Below, one piece after another: positions 19,577 to 31,908 of a stretch of DNA of 64,000 nt. Source of the DNA: Actinomycetota bacterium (GTDB taxonomy: Bacteria; Actinomycetota; Humimicrobiia; Humimicrobiales; Humimicrobiaceae); contig VGAZ01000001.1 of the NCBI GenBank assembly GCA_016870615.1, positions 6,481 to 70,480 of the forward strand. Reading direction: 5' to 3'. Each line of letters begins with the position of its first letter. Positions within the stretch are counted from its first letter, which is position 1. Made by a program: the position numbers and the translations under genes. The notes under the pieces were generated by a model. That model worked only from the letters and a program-made list of their open reading frames with translations, was not told the origin of the DNA and made no database searches.

Positions 19577-21706
19577 TTAGAAATGAAACAGTTTGCCGGA
19601 GAGGTCCGCCACAAGCACCGCTGTTTCTATTGCCACAACACTTATAAGCTTTATCAGTATATTCATTGAGGGCCCTGCAGTATCCTTTAAAGGATCCCCT
19701 ACAGTATCGCCAACAACTGATGCTGCATGCTCCGGGGTCCCGCTTTTGCCTTCTTCCTCGATTTTTTTCTTTGCATTATCAAGCGCCCCGCCGGCATTTG
19801 CCATGTATATGCCCTGGGCAAAGCCTGAAAGCAGGGTTCCGACTATAAGCGCAACAACACCACCCGGGCCAAGAAGAATACCTGTTACTACCGGTATTGT
19901 AAAAACAAGTATGCCCGGCAGTATTATACCTCTCTGGGCTGAGCGCGTAACTATTGAAATAAATGTTTTCGGGTCACCCTGGGACTTGCCTGCAAGTATG
20001 CCTTTTATCTGTTTTCTTGCCTCTACAACAACTTTATTGGCTGCATTTCCCACTGCCTTAATAAGCATTGAAGTAAACATAAACGGCAATATAATTCCAA
20101 TAAATAAGCCCACCAGGATTTTAGGGTCTTTAATGAAATCAAGGATGACTGCTGATGTTAAAAGTTCAATTTTTGAGAAATATGCCTGTCCAAGAGCAAG
20201 CGCCGTAATTGCCGCGCTGCCGATTAAAAGGCCCTTTCCTATGGCTGCAGTTGTATTTCCAACAGCATCAAGCTTATCGGTGATCTTTCTTACGCCTGCC
20301 GGCTGCTCAGACATTTCAGCTATGCCCCCTGCATTGTCTGCAATAGGTCCGTAAACATCAATAGTTATTACAAATGCAGAAGTGCTAAGCATGGCTACTG
20401 CTGCAATAGCAACTCCGTACAGCCCTACCTGGAAATTTGTGCTTCCACCGGATATGTAGAAAGAAAAAAGCATTACAGCAATGACTGTAAGCGCAGGCAG
20501 TATCGTGCTTTCCATTCCATATGCAAGCCCGTTAACCACAAGAGTGGCGGGCCCTGATTTTGCGCTTTCTGAAATGCTTCTTGTTGGCCTGTATCTTGCA
20601 TCAGTATAAAGCAGCGTAAAGAGCCCTATTAAAAAACCTGCGGCCAGCCCTCCAAGGCAGCAATAATAAAGGAAATTATAACTTGCGCCTATTACATACC
20701 TTATAATAAAAAATGCCAGGGCCATTATAATGACAACTGTTATCAAAAGGCCTGAAAGTGTTGTTCCTGTAAGCATCGAGACAGTTGCATTTGCCTTATA
20801 TCTTGCAATTACCAGTTTCATTATAAGGATTGCAATTATTGAAGCCAGTGCCCCTGCAGCTGCTATTACCATGGGCAGCAATAAACTGTTTAACATAACA
20901 GGAAGGCCCTTAAAAGCAACAAAACCTAGAAATTGCGCAGCTATTATTGCCCCCACCCAGGATTCCAGGGCATCCGCTTTCATACCCCCGACATCGCCTA
21001 CATTATCGCCTACATTATCAGCTATTGTTGCAGGGTTTCTCGGGTCGTCTTCTTTAAGCCCTGATTCAACTTTTCCAACGTAATCAGCGCCCATATCCGC
21101 AGCTTTTGTAAATATCCCGCCGCCGGTCCTCATAAAAAAGGCTGCAAAAGAAGTTCCTATTGTAAACGTGATAAGTATGGTTACAATTCTCTGCATGTCT
21201 GCTATCTGGTCAAGACCGCCCCGTCCATACCACCAGTAAAGGATGTTAAACCACAATGCCGTGTGCAAAAGCGCAACTGTTCCCAGCATCATGCCTGACG
21301 AAGATGCAGCAGTAAAAGCAACATTCATAGCTTCGCCAAGCCCCTTTTCCCTGGCTGCATGAGTTACCCTGGAATTTGATGTTGTAGATATCCATAAGCC
21401 AAGGTATCCGATGAGCAGGCTAAATATCATGCCTGTAGCAAAAGCGGGTATTGACTCAATATAGAGAAAACCAAAATATACCATAACACCAAGCAATGCA
21501 GTTATAACAAAAAAGAAAATAACTATGACTTTAAGCTGCTGCATAAAATATGCCTTGCTGCCTATAAAAATCGCATGCGAGATTTCTGCCATTTTCCCGG
21601 AGCCGCGGCTTTTCTTACTTACAAGCAACGCAAAAACAATAGCCATAATAAGGGAAAGTGCAGCGCCTATAAAAGGGATGATTCTTATCAAAAGTAATTT
21701 TGTCAT
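19577..21706 (-). CDS. hppA: membrane-bound proton/sodium-translocating pyrophosphatase
   Basis: It is 709 aa and polytopic, with the hallmark DNVGDNVGDVGGMKADALE motif and the GDTVGDPLKDTAGPS motif. Confidence 0.95.
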   Translation of the reverse strand: MTKLLLIRIIPFIGAALSLIMAIVFALLVSKKSRGSGKMAEISHAIFIGSKAYFMQQLKVIVIFFFVITALLGVMVYFGFLYIESIPAFATGMIFSLLIGYLGLWISTTSNSRVTHAAREKGLGEAMNVAFTAASSSGMMLGTVALLHTALWFNILYWWYGRGGLDQIADMQRIVTILITFTIGTSFAAFFMRTGGGIFTKAADMGADYVGKVESGLKEDDPRNPATIADNVGDNVGDVGGMKADALESWVGAIIAAQFLGFVAFKGLPVMLNSLLLPMVIAAAGALASIIAILIMKLVIARYKANATVSMLTGTTLSGLLITVVIIMALAFFIIRYVIGASYNFLYYCCLGGLAAGFLIGLFTLLYTDARYRPTRSISESAKSGPATLVVNGLAYGMESTILPALTVIAVMLFSFYISGGSTNFQVGLYGVAIAAVAMLSTSAFVITIDVYGPIADNAGGIAEMSEQPAGVRKITDKLDAVGNTTAAIGKGLLIGSAAITALALGQAYFSKIELLTSAVILDFIKDPKILVGLFIGIILPFMFTSMLIKAVGNAANKVVVEARKQIKGILAGKSQGDPKTFISIVTRSAQRGIILPGILVFTIPVVTGILLGPGGVVALIVGTLLSGFAQGIYMANAGGALDNAKKKIEEEGKSGTPEHAASVVGDTVGDPLKDTAGPSMNILIKLISVVAIETAVLVADLSGKLFHF

Positions 21707-21967
21707 TAAGTGCCCTCTTTTTTTTATTGCTGATACTATGCTTAGATTAAATAACCAAACTTTTCAAAAATACTATATAGATACAAAAGTTTTCCTCTTA
21801 TAAAAATCATAAGATTATAACAAAAAAGAACTGATAAATATATAGTTAAATCTTCTTTCACGTGTTGATTTGAATTGGAATATTTATAAATGCTTTTGCC
21901 GGTATTTTAAATATTTAAAAAACTATTTTTGCTGCAGGATAAGCGCGCTATATAAAATATAAATATA

Positions 21968-23212
21968 TTATTTAACCGTTTTTTTTCTTTTGCCCTTATT
22001 GTTAAGAATTAATTTACTGAAGACCTCTACAGTGTCCTTTATGCTGTTATTCCAGGAAAAAACTTCCTCTACCCTTTTTTTATTTTTCCCGCCCAGCATT
22101 CTTGTCTGCTCAGGATTATCTATTGCCCAAAGGATTTTTTCTGCAAGATTTAGGGCACTGTCGCCCTGCGCATAAATTCCCCCGTCTTCAAGAAACCGCC
22201 GGTTATTCTTTGAATCAAAGCACACAACAGCAAGACCGGCTCCCATATAATTAATGACTTTTCCACTTGCCTCGCCTGCCTTGTCAACCTTAGGCTCAAC
22301 TGCTACATCGCTTATTTGCAGGTAATCAGGAAGATCAAAATAATCCACCATCCCGCTCATATATACATTTTTTTCAACTCCCAGCCCCCTTATCCTTTTT
22401 TGGGTTTCTTCCACAGGGTACCCGACTATAAGAAAATGAATATCTTTTCTTTTTTTTAGCACCATCGGTATTGCATCAACCAGGTTCCATATTCCTTTGG
22501 CTTCAAGAAGCGCCCCGGTAAAAATTACAAGCGGACAGTTTTGCGGAATGCCAAGTTCTTTCCTGAATCCTTTCTTGGCGGGCCTGTTGAAAAAATCAGT
22601 ATGCACGCCATCAATAACAACTTTAACTTTTTCAGGGTTTATCTTAAACCTGTTTTTAATTATATCCCCGTTTGATACTGAGCTGCAGATAAAGAAATCC
22701 GGCATCCTGCAAATAAATTTTTCAAAATTATGGAAAAACCATTTAACAGCGCCGCCTTTTAACCAGTTAAACGTACCAAGCTCAGAAGTAAGGCTTCCCT
22801 GCACGTCAAATACAAGCGGCACTTTACCAAAAGATATAAGATATTTTACAAGCCCCCCGACAAATGCGCCTTCGTGAAGATGGCCGTATATAATATCAGG
22901 TTTTTCCTTAAGATATACTGAAGCTGCCTTAAAAAAAAGAAGTATGTCAATATAGAATTTATGCCAGGAGGGCCCTGCTTCAAGCTTTTTATACCACGGA
23001 ATATTTATAATCCTTCTTATATCAAGGCCTTCAAGATCCCTGCCGTTATGGTATGTACATATAATATTATAATGATTGTAATTCTTAAGTGCAGCCATTT
23101 CACCAAGAATCCGCATATGGCAGCCTCTATCTGCAAAAAATGGCGTTGGCACAATGTTTAAGACTTTAATAGTTTTTAATTTTTCTCCAGGCATTAAAAT
23201 GCTTTCCTTCAA
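21968..23212 (-). CDS. glycosyltransferase family 4 (GT-B, group 1)
   Basis: A GT4 fold is supported by the N-terminal NIVPTPFFADRGCHMRI segment and C-terminal VIFTGALLEAKGI and EASGKVINYMGAGLAVV motifs. Confidence 0.75.
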   Translation of the reverse strand: MKESILMPGEKLKTIKVLNIVPTPFFADRGCHMRILGEMAALKNYNHYNIICTYHNGRDLEGLDIRRIINIPWYKKLEAGPSWHKFYIDILLFFKAASVYLKEKPDIIYGHLHEGAFVGGLVKYLISFGKVPLVFDVQGSLTSELGTFNWLKGGAVKWFFHNFEKFICRMPDFFICSSVSNGDIIKNRFKINPEKVKVVIDGVHTDFFNRPAKKGFRKELGIPQNCPLVIFTGALLEAKGIWNLVDAIPMVLKKRKDIHFLIVGYPVEETQKRIRGLGVEKNVYMSGMVDYFDLPDYLQISDVAVEPKVDKAGEASGKVINYMGAGLAVVCFDSKNNRRFLEDGGIYAQGDSALNLAEKILWAIDNPEQTRMLGGKNKKRVEEVFSWNNSIKDTVEVFSKLILNNKGKRKKTVK

Positions 23213-23422
23213 TATTTAATTGTATAAAAATATTACTTATATATTTTATGGATTTGATTTAATTTACTATGCATTATAACATGAATATTTTTAAAGAATA
23301 AACTGTAAAAAATTATCCCCGAAGGTTATAATTAACAAATAATAATATGCTATTAATATGGATTTATGACTGATTTTACAATCAGCTAATAATTCTTCAT
23401 ATTTATAAAGAAAGGAATTTTT

Positions 23423-24409
23423 ATGGGCATTTTTGGAATTCTACTTTTTTTGGCCGGTATTGTCATGCTGGTTATCAGTATCGTCAGCGCGCTTCCTGTA
23501 ATTTTTATTATTAGTATTGTGTTTATAGCTGTTGGCTTTCTTTTCTTTTTGTTTGCCGGTTTTCGCACAGTAAGGCCCACCCAGAAGGGAATTGTTGAAA
23601 GATTCGGCAAATATATGAGGACAAGGGATGCCGGGCTTACATGGATAATTCCCATGGTTGAAAAAATGTACAGGGTAAATATTACTGAACAGATGGTTGA
23701 CATACCTCCTCAGATGGTTATAACCCAGGACAAACTTAATGCTTCAGTTGATGCTGTTGTTTACTACAAGATAAAAGATGTAAAAGCAAGCATATACAAT
23801 GTTGATGATCACAGGGCGCAGCTTACAAGCCTTGCAAGAACAACTTTAAGGGCTGTTATCGGGAATATGACCCTTACAGATGCAAATGAAAAACGGGCAT
23901 CTATAAATGAAAAAGTTGAAATAGTGCTTGATAAAGAAACTGCAAGTTACGGAGTTGAGGTGCTGAGATGCGAAATTCAGAAAATAGAGCCGCCTGCAGA
24001 TGTACAGGCATCTATGAATAATGTTGTAAAGGCTGAGCAGGAAAAAATTGCAGCAAGGGATTATGCAACCGCCACGGAAACAAGGGCAGACGGCGAAAAA
24101 AGGGCTGAGATCAAAAAGGCTGAAGGTGTAAAACAGGGCCTGATTCTTTCCGCTGAAGGACAGGGAGAAGGCATAAAAATTGTAGCAAATGCTGAAGCTG
24201 ACAGGATAAAAATAGTAAATGAAGCTGCAGACAAGTACTTTATCGGCAATGCGCAGGTTTTAAGAAAACTTGAAACTGTTGAAGCATCCCTTAAGGAAAA
24301 TGTGAAGTTTATAATTGATTCTGATAAAGTTGCAACCATAGTAACTGACGCTGCAGGGGTTTCGCCTATTCCTGTGGAGAAAAAGCAGGGCTCTTCTGCA
24401 AAACAGTAA
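23423..24409 (+). CDS. SPFH/band-7 (stomatin/HflC-like) domain protein
   Basis: An N-terminal TM helix is followed by an SPFH core (PTQKGIVERFGKYMRTRDAGLTWIIPMVEKMYRVNITEQ) and a coiled-coil tail. Confidence 0.85.
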   Translation: MGIFGILLFLAGIVMLVISIVSALPVIFIISIVFIAVGFLFFLFAGFRTVRPTQKGIVERFGKYMRTRDAGLTWIIPMVEKMYRVNITEQMVDIPPQMVITQDKLNASVDAVVYYKIKDVKASIYNVDDHRAQLTSLARTTLRAVIGNMTLTDANEKRASINEKVEIVLDKETASYGVEVLRCEIQKIEPPADVQASMNNVVKAEQEKIAARDYATATETRADGEKRAEIKKAEGVKQGLILSAEGQGEGIKIVANAEADRIKIVNEAADKYFIGNAQVLRKLETVEASLKENVKFIIDSDKVATIVTDAAGVSPIPVEKKQGSSAKQ

Positions 24410-24543
24410 ATGGGTTTAAAGCTAAAAAAAATTTAATTTATATTTGAATTCTTTGTGTTAAGTTTTTACAGTTGTGGCCAGACATAGAATTGTGACGATA
24501 TAAGTTTTAAATTATCATATTTTTAAGAATTACCGGAATTTAA

Positions 24544-24571
24544 AAACAGGCTTTTTGGCCTGTTTTTAATT
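24544..24571. terminator. bidirectional intrinsic terminator (AAACAGGC-loop-GCCTGTTT with flanking A and T runs)
   Basis: A perfect 8-bp stem has an A-run upstream and a T-run downstream. It lies between the SPFH gene (+) and a small minus-strand ORF. Confidence 0.5.
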
Positions 24572-25219
24572 TGATTCCTGATTTTCTATTTATTGCGCCT
24601 TACTTTTCTTTTTGCTGCAAAATAAAAATAATTATCCACCACAAGATACATAAATATAGCCAGGCATATGACAAAAGCTGTCGGCCTTAATACATATAAC
24701 AGGTCGCTGATAAATAAATCTAACATCTTATTTCATTCCTTTTATTCAAATATAATTATCAAAATACTTTTATAATTATATTTGTATTTTATTATTGTTT
24801 TTAATTTATAAAATTATTATATTACTTTACTAATATTAAAGTCAATAAAATATTTATATAATTATTATACATATATAATATTATTTATATCTTTTTATTA
24901 GTTTTTACAGCTATCTGGAGTTTGCAAATAATTTAAAATAAATTTAATCCTTATAAGAATAGACTATTTCCTGCAGCTGTATTGTCACATCATACTACTG
25001 AATATATCTTATGCAGCTTATAGATAGAATGTATAAAAGCTAGAATCTGCAAAACAGCGGGCCTGCCTTGTTAATAATATAAAGGAACCTTTTTTATGGC
25101 GCTGTATTTATTAAAAAGGATAAGCCTGAAAGAAATAAAGCAGGGAGCCATGCTTTTTTATACTGTTTTGTATACTTAACTGAGAAAAAAGAATGTTTGT
25201 AAATTTGAAGACAAAAAAA

Positions 25220-25652
25220 TTAGAGCTGGCCTGTAAGCCGAGTCCTGTTCTGATGGCCGGCAAATAAATTACCGGATACCAGCGGCAGTCATCCATCTGG
25301 GATAAATATTGCTATTTATCTCAAGCGGCCTTACCCGGAAGAAGAGCGGGCAACTCCATTTCTTCCCTATTTGGCCTTGCTTCGGGTGCGGTTTTCAAGG
25401 CCAGCCTGTTGCCAGGCTGCCGGTGAGCTCTTAACTCGCCATTTCACCCTTACCTGCCTGTAAAATAATTATATATTAAAGACAGGCGGTATATTTTCTG
25501 CTGCACTTTCGCTGAAGGCGCATTTACATAAGCCTCCGCCGGGTGTTACCCGGCACCCTGCCCTGTAAAGCTCGGACTTTCCTCCCGGGCTTACCTTTAA
25601 AAGCAAAATCGCAGATAAAAGTATATACCCGGGCGACTGCCCGGCCAACTCT
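25220..25652 (-). ncRNA. rnpB: RNase P RNA, bacterial type A
   Basis: The reverse complement contains GGAGGAAAGTCCGAGC...ACAGGGCAGGGTGCCGGGTAACACCCGG, CAGGTAAGGGTGAAATGG...GTTAAGAGCTCACC, AGCAAGGCCAAATAGGG, GCTTGAG, AGATGGATGACTG and ACAGAAC...CGGCTTA. These are collinear with universally conserved regions of E. coli M1 RNA. The P1 termini pair (GAGTTGGCC / GGCCAGCTC). Confidence 0.85.
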
Positions 25653-25826
25653 TAATAATATGATATATGTAATTTTTAAAAAATCAAGCCGGAAGGAAAT
25701 ATCCAGACATGTCTATCCCTTCCCTGCAAAATAGCGCTTAGCAATACACAATCATTATTTTTGCGCAGTTTAAAAACATAGAAAAGTATGATAAAAGAAA
25801 GGTTTGCCTGATTCTGATTTTAAAAC

Positions 25827-26357
25827 CTAAGACTTATCTTCAATTGTACCGAATTTAATATTATTGCCGTTTAAAAGAGTCTTATTTCCCCCAATGCCGT
25901 AAATTTCCCTGTCAAGAGCAATATTTACAAGCCTGTCTGCAGCACTGTTCTGTTCCCGCGGAATAAGCCTCAAATCCACAATCTCATAATCCTTAAGCCT
26001 TTTTACAATCTTTTTATAGATCTCAAAGAGGTTTTCATCCTTTATTTTCCAGATTCTTTTCAGCTGATTGTGAACAAGCTTGCTGTCGGTATTTATTATA
26101 ATGCGCCTTACATTATAATTATTTTTATATTTCTTTATAACATCAAGCACTTTTTCAAGTGACCTGTATTCTGCAACATTATTAGTACATTGGCCTACAT
26201 ACTCTGCAATTTCCTCAATTATATTATCATTTTTATCATAAACAACTGCGCCCACTGCAGACGGCCCGGGATTTCCTCTTGAGCCGCCGTCAAAATATAT
26301 TTTTAAATATTCAAAATTAAGATCCGCCAAAATGACTTCCCCATCAGTAAGATTCAT
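25827..26357 (-). CDS. rnhA: ribonuclease H (type 1)
   Basis: The FDGGSRGNPGPSAVGAVV motif and a downstream TNNVAEY...L acidic-residue arrangement fit RNase HI. Confidence 0.8.
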   Translation of the reverse strand: MNLTDGEVILADLNFEYLKIYFDGGSRGNPGPSAVGAVVYDKNDNIIEEIAEYVGQCTNNVAEYRSLEKVLDVIKKYKNNYNVRRIIINTDSKLVHNQLKRIWKIKDENLFEIYKKIVKRLKDYEIVDLRLIPREQNSAADRLVNIALDREIYGIGGNKTLLNGNNIKFGTIEDKS

Positions 26358-27108
26358 ATATTTTTAATGCTTCTTCAATTTTGTCACTGTTTATTACAAG
26401 CATTCTTGAACACATTGGGCATTTATGTATTTTCTGCCCGTCTTTTATATTCTGCAATTCCCCTGCAGAAATCTGCACACTGCAGGCCTGGCAGAAATTA
26501 TTCTTCATAATTGAAACTGCAATTCCGTCTTTTCTTTTTCTGAGCTCATCATATTTTTTCAGTATTTCTGCAGGTATTTTCTTTATTACATCCAGCCTTA
26601 TATTTTTAAGCTCTGATATTACTTTTTCAATCTCTTTAACGTTTGCTTCGATATGGCGGTTTAATTCTTCAAATTCCTTTTCAATAAGGTTTTTTTTCTC
26701 TGTAAGCTCTAAAAAAGCTGGGCGCTTTTCATCTATTTCTATCATCAGTTTTAATTCCCTGTCTTCCAGGTTTTCGTTTGACTGTTTTAACTGCTTTATT
26801 TCTTCCTGGTAATTCATAAGCTCCTTGGCGCTTGTAATTGTTCCACTGAATAATTTTTCATCTATTCTTTTAATCTTATCTTCCTGCATTTTTATAGTAT
26901 CTGCAGCCTTCTTTCTGTCATGTTCAAGGGCTTCAAGCCCACTTCCAGAAATACTGCAGCTTTCCTTAACATTTTCATATTCATTTTTTAGCTTAAGAAG
27001 CTGCTCGTTTTTTTTAATCCTGTTGATTTCAAAAGCCTTTTTATAAATGATTTTCTCAATAGCCTGGAGTTCCACAAGTTTTGTAATATCAAAATTTTTT
27101 TCAGTCAA
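26344..27108 (-). CDS. COG1579-type coiled-coil protein with C-terminal C4 zinc ribbon
   Basis: A long heptad-repeat region ends in CQACSVQIS...HKCPMCSRMLV. It is the conserved partner of Nif3 and RNase H in many bacteria. Confidence 0.7.
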   Translation of the reverse strand: MTEKNFDITKLVELQAIEKIIYKKAFEINRIKKNEQLLKLKNEYENVKESCSISGSGLEALEHDRKKAADTIKMQEDKIKRIDEKLFSGTITSAKELMNYQEEIKQLKQSNENLEDRELKLMIEIDEKRPAFLELTEKKNLIEKEFEELNRHIEANVKEIEKVISELKNIRLDVIKKIPAEILKKYDELRKRKDGIAVSIMKNNFCQACSVQISAGELQNIKDGQKIHKCPMCSRMLVINSDKIEEALKIYESY

Positions 27109-28240
27109 TACAGTACCTCCACCTGGTATATCCGGTTTTGCTTTTAAATATTTCCAAATCTTTGTAGTCTTTTAAACTGTTGCTGAGAATATCATGCATA
27201 AGCCTGATTGCAAATTTTTCACTTTCACCATGGCCAAGTTCAATAAGCACTTTTCCGCATTCCACAATTTCGGTAACCCTGCTGTATTTAAGTTCACCAA
27301 CTATGATAACATCACAGTCCAGTTCCCCAACCGAGAGCCTGTCTGTAAAAGAATTTGCGCTTCCATTTATAAATGCTGCCCTTTTTACAGGAAAATTATC
27401 AATATCAATGTCTTGCGGGCATGCAAGCCTTATGCATTCAAGTTCAAGATTTTTCTTAATGCCCTCTATAAAACCAGGCAGCATTTGCGCAGGTTCGACA
27501 CTTCCATTACATGCAAGCCCAAAAGTATCAGGCATGTTTTCAAGTTTAAATATATCGTAAGCAGGTTCTTCATACGGATGCGCCTTTATTACCGACATGG
27601 TCAGTTTATCAAGATTTTTCTCCTCAACAATGCATTCTATTTTTATTTCATCAACAAAATTTACAGCACCCATTTTACCTGAATAAGGATTTGCATTTTT
27701 AAGGGGCATAAAAGTGCCCATGCCTTTTGTATTGAAGCTGCAGCTGCTGTAATTTGCATAGTTTCCGCCTCCGTTTTCAAAAATTGTATTTCTAACGCCA
27801 TCTTCTGCTTCAGGGGGGACAAAAACAGAAAACTTATACCACTTCTGCCCGGCTTTCTCCAGGAGCTTTATGTCTTTAAGGCCGATTATCCTGGCAATAC
27901 TATCGTTTAAGCCCCCGTGCATGGCATCAAAATTTGTATGTGCAATATAAGCTGCAATGTTATTTTCAATAAGCTTAAACAACATGCTGCCTTTTATATC
28001 ACTGCTTAATATATTCTTTATAGGATTAAATATAAGGGGATGGTGCGCTATTATAAGGTCTGCTGAACCTGATAAAGCTTCATTTATTACGCTGCTGTTT
28101 ATATCAAGAGTTACCAGGACTTTGCTTATATTATTTTCCGGCCTGCCGATCTGCAGGCCCACAGGATCACCTGGCAGCGCGATATCTCTGTTAAATACTT
28201 TATCCAGAATGGCTGCAAGCTCATTAAGTAACATAGGCAA
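27101..28240 (-). CDS. Nif3 family (GTP cyclohydrolase I type 2 homolog, YqfO-like) dinuclear metal centre protein
   Basis: The N-terminal Nif3 signature (ALPGDPVGLQIGRPENNISKVLVTLDINSSVINEA...ADLIIAHHPLIF) is followed by a C-terminal segment with metal ligands (GHGESEK). Confidence 0.85.
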   Translation of the reverse strand: MPMLLNELAAILDKVFNRDIALPGDPVGLQIGRPENNISKVLVTLDINSSVINEALSGSADLIIAHHPLIFNPIKNILSSDIKGSMLFKLIENNIAAYIAHTNFDAMHGGLNDSIARIIGLKDIKLLEKAGQKWYKFSVFVPPEAEDGVRNTIFENGGGNYANYSSCSFNTKGMGTFMPLKNANPYSGKMGAVNFVDEIKIECIVEEKNLDKLTMSVIKAHPYEEPAYDIFKLENMPDTFGLACNGSVEPAQMLPGFIEGIKKNLELECIRLACPQDIDIDNFPVKRAAFINGSANSFTDRLSVGELDCDVIIVGELKYSRVTEIVECGKVLIELGHGESEKFAIRLMHDILSNSLKDYKDLEIFKSKTGYTRWRYCID

Positions 28241-28498
28241 ACATAAAATCTAATTGCAAAATAAAAAGAACATAATAAAAGAATATAATAATATAAAATT
28301 AAAAATAATGGTATAAGAATAAGAGTTAGGTGTGTTTCTTGCAGGTCCTGGAGTACTATTCTGGGGTATTTCCAGGCTGCAGAAGGCGGATTTAAAAAAA
28401 GAAGAAACAGAAGGAAGAGAAAAAACAGGGTGGTATTTAAAGGCATGGCACTCACAGGAGGGACAGTAAAACTGTTCCCTCCTGTTTTTAATAATTAT

Positions 28499-28801
28499 TT
28501 AAACAATCTGTATTTTTTTCCCCTTTGTATCTCCTTTAAAATCTTCCACTGCATGTTCCCATGCTTCCAGCCCTATATCATCATTATAATAAAGGGGCGA
28601 TTCATTTAAATGCGCCAGGGCAATTTTGCCTGTTATTAAAAGGTCATCATTGGTTACATTCGTATGAGAGTCAACTGTTCCATGCTCCAGTTCAATGTTT
28701 ATACCTTCAAGGTATTCTTCAGGTGTAAACCCAGCTTTAGCAAAATCTATTCCCAGCTGACTGGCAACTTCCTTTGCTTCATCCAGTGTAAATTTTCTCA
28801 T
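28499..28801 (-). CDS. conserved hypothetical small acidic protein
   Basis: The 100-aa ORF shows clear coding bias. The INIELEHGT motif suggests a conserved DUF, but I could not assign a family. Confidence 0.35.
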   Translation of the reverse strand: MRKFTLDEAKEVASQLGIDFAKAGFTPEEYLEGINIELEHGTVDSHTNVTNDDLLITGKIALAHLNESPLYYNDDIGLEAWEHAVEDFKGDTKGKKIQIV

Positions 28802-28942
28802 CTTCTTTTCTCCTTTTCTTACTTATCAATTGATAATTTTACATATTTAATTCACTTTAAGTACCATAACCGCCCTAAGTGCCTGCCGCCTGCCAGTACT
28901 AAAATGCATAGGTTACAAAAACAATCTCTGCCCGCACTGCCA

Positions 28943-31162
<2,220 letters not shown>

Positions 31163-31165
31163 TTA

Positions 31166-31591
31166 TCAGTTTTTATTTTTTTCCAGGCATTTTGGACAAA
31201 TTCCTTTAAAATAAACATTTTTATCTTTTATTTTAAAATATTTTAAAGAATCAACAGCCAGGTTATCAATGTCTGCTTCAAAATCATAAATGGTGCCGCA
31301 GGATTCACATTTGAAATGCCCATGACTGTGAACTTTAGAATCATATCTTGTTTCATTATCTTCAATAGTTAATACTTTTGCTAAGTTTGTGCTTTTAAAT
31401 AATTCCAGCGTATTATAAACTGTGGCTTTTGACAGGGTTGGTATCTCCTTTATTAGGCTGTTAAATATAGTATCGACTGTGGGATGATTTATATTTTCAT
31501 TTATATACTGGAGTATTTTAATCCTCTGGTAAGAAGGCTTTATATTTTTTTCAATAAGTATTTTTGAAAGATTGTCTATTTTCTGGTTCAA
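31166..31591 (-). CDS. perR: Fur-family peroxide-responsive repressor (PerR-like)
   Basis: A Fur-fold DNA-binding helix (TLSKATVYNTLELF), an HSHGHF metal site and CxxC...CxxC structural Zn motifs support the call. It lies directly upstream of katG and is preceded by a Per box. Confidence 0.75.
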   Translation of the reverse strand: MNQKIDNLSKILIEKNIKPSYQRIKILQYINENINHPTVDTIFNSLIKEIPTLSKATVYNTLELFKSTNLAKVLTIEDNETRYDSKVHSHGHFKCESCGTIYDFEADIDNLAVDSLKYFKIKDKNVYFKGICPKCLEKNKN

Positions 31592-31641
31592 TTATTCCAC
31601 CCTTAATTAATAATCATTAAATATTTGTAATTAAATAAAAT

Positions 31642-31656
31642 TTATAATCATTATAA
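31642..31656. promoter_or_regulatory. Per box (TTATAATCATTATAA) in the perR-katG promoter
   Basis: It matches the 7-1-7 PerR operator consensus TTATAATNATTATAA exactly and lies about 50 nt upstream of the perR start. Confidence 0.55.
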
Positions 31657-31908
31657 TATTATTATAGTTATAATTTATGAGTTGTCAATGTTTTATTAGC
31701 GGATTAAACTGGTGGTTTTATTTTTATGTTATTTTATTTGTAAAAACTTGCTCACATAAGCTTATATCCCCCAATAAATGCAATTGAGGCTCGTGCTTTT
31801 TCTCAAAGAATTATTAGCTGGCCATAGCAAACGATGGAACCAGGATTGCAACTTCAGATTAGGTATTATTTATACCTGAATTAAATATTAAATATGTCAT
31901 AAAAGATT

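Noticed and set aside
19593-20354. 253-aa plus-strand ORF inside hppA, and similar long antisense ORFs inside the ABC ATPase (52501..53751), the oxidoreductase gene and the GT4 gene
   Set aside because: Each lies fully within a well-supported gene on the opposite strand. Their Ser/Pro/Ile-rich low-complexity translations are typical of antisense shadow frames.
25111-25734. ORFs 25111..25296 (-) and 25543..25734 (+) predicted in the six-frame track
   Set aside because: They overlap the RNase P RNA gene and have low-complexity, non-protein-like translations. Shadow ORFs within a structured RNA gene explain them better.
26381-27046. Plus-strand Ser/Phe-rich ORFs antisense to the coiled-coil zinc-ribbon gene
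   Set aside because: They are the antisense reading of a Lys/Glu-rich coiled-coil gene (AAG/GAA codons read as CTT/TTC, which code Leu/Phe). There is no independent support.
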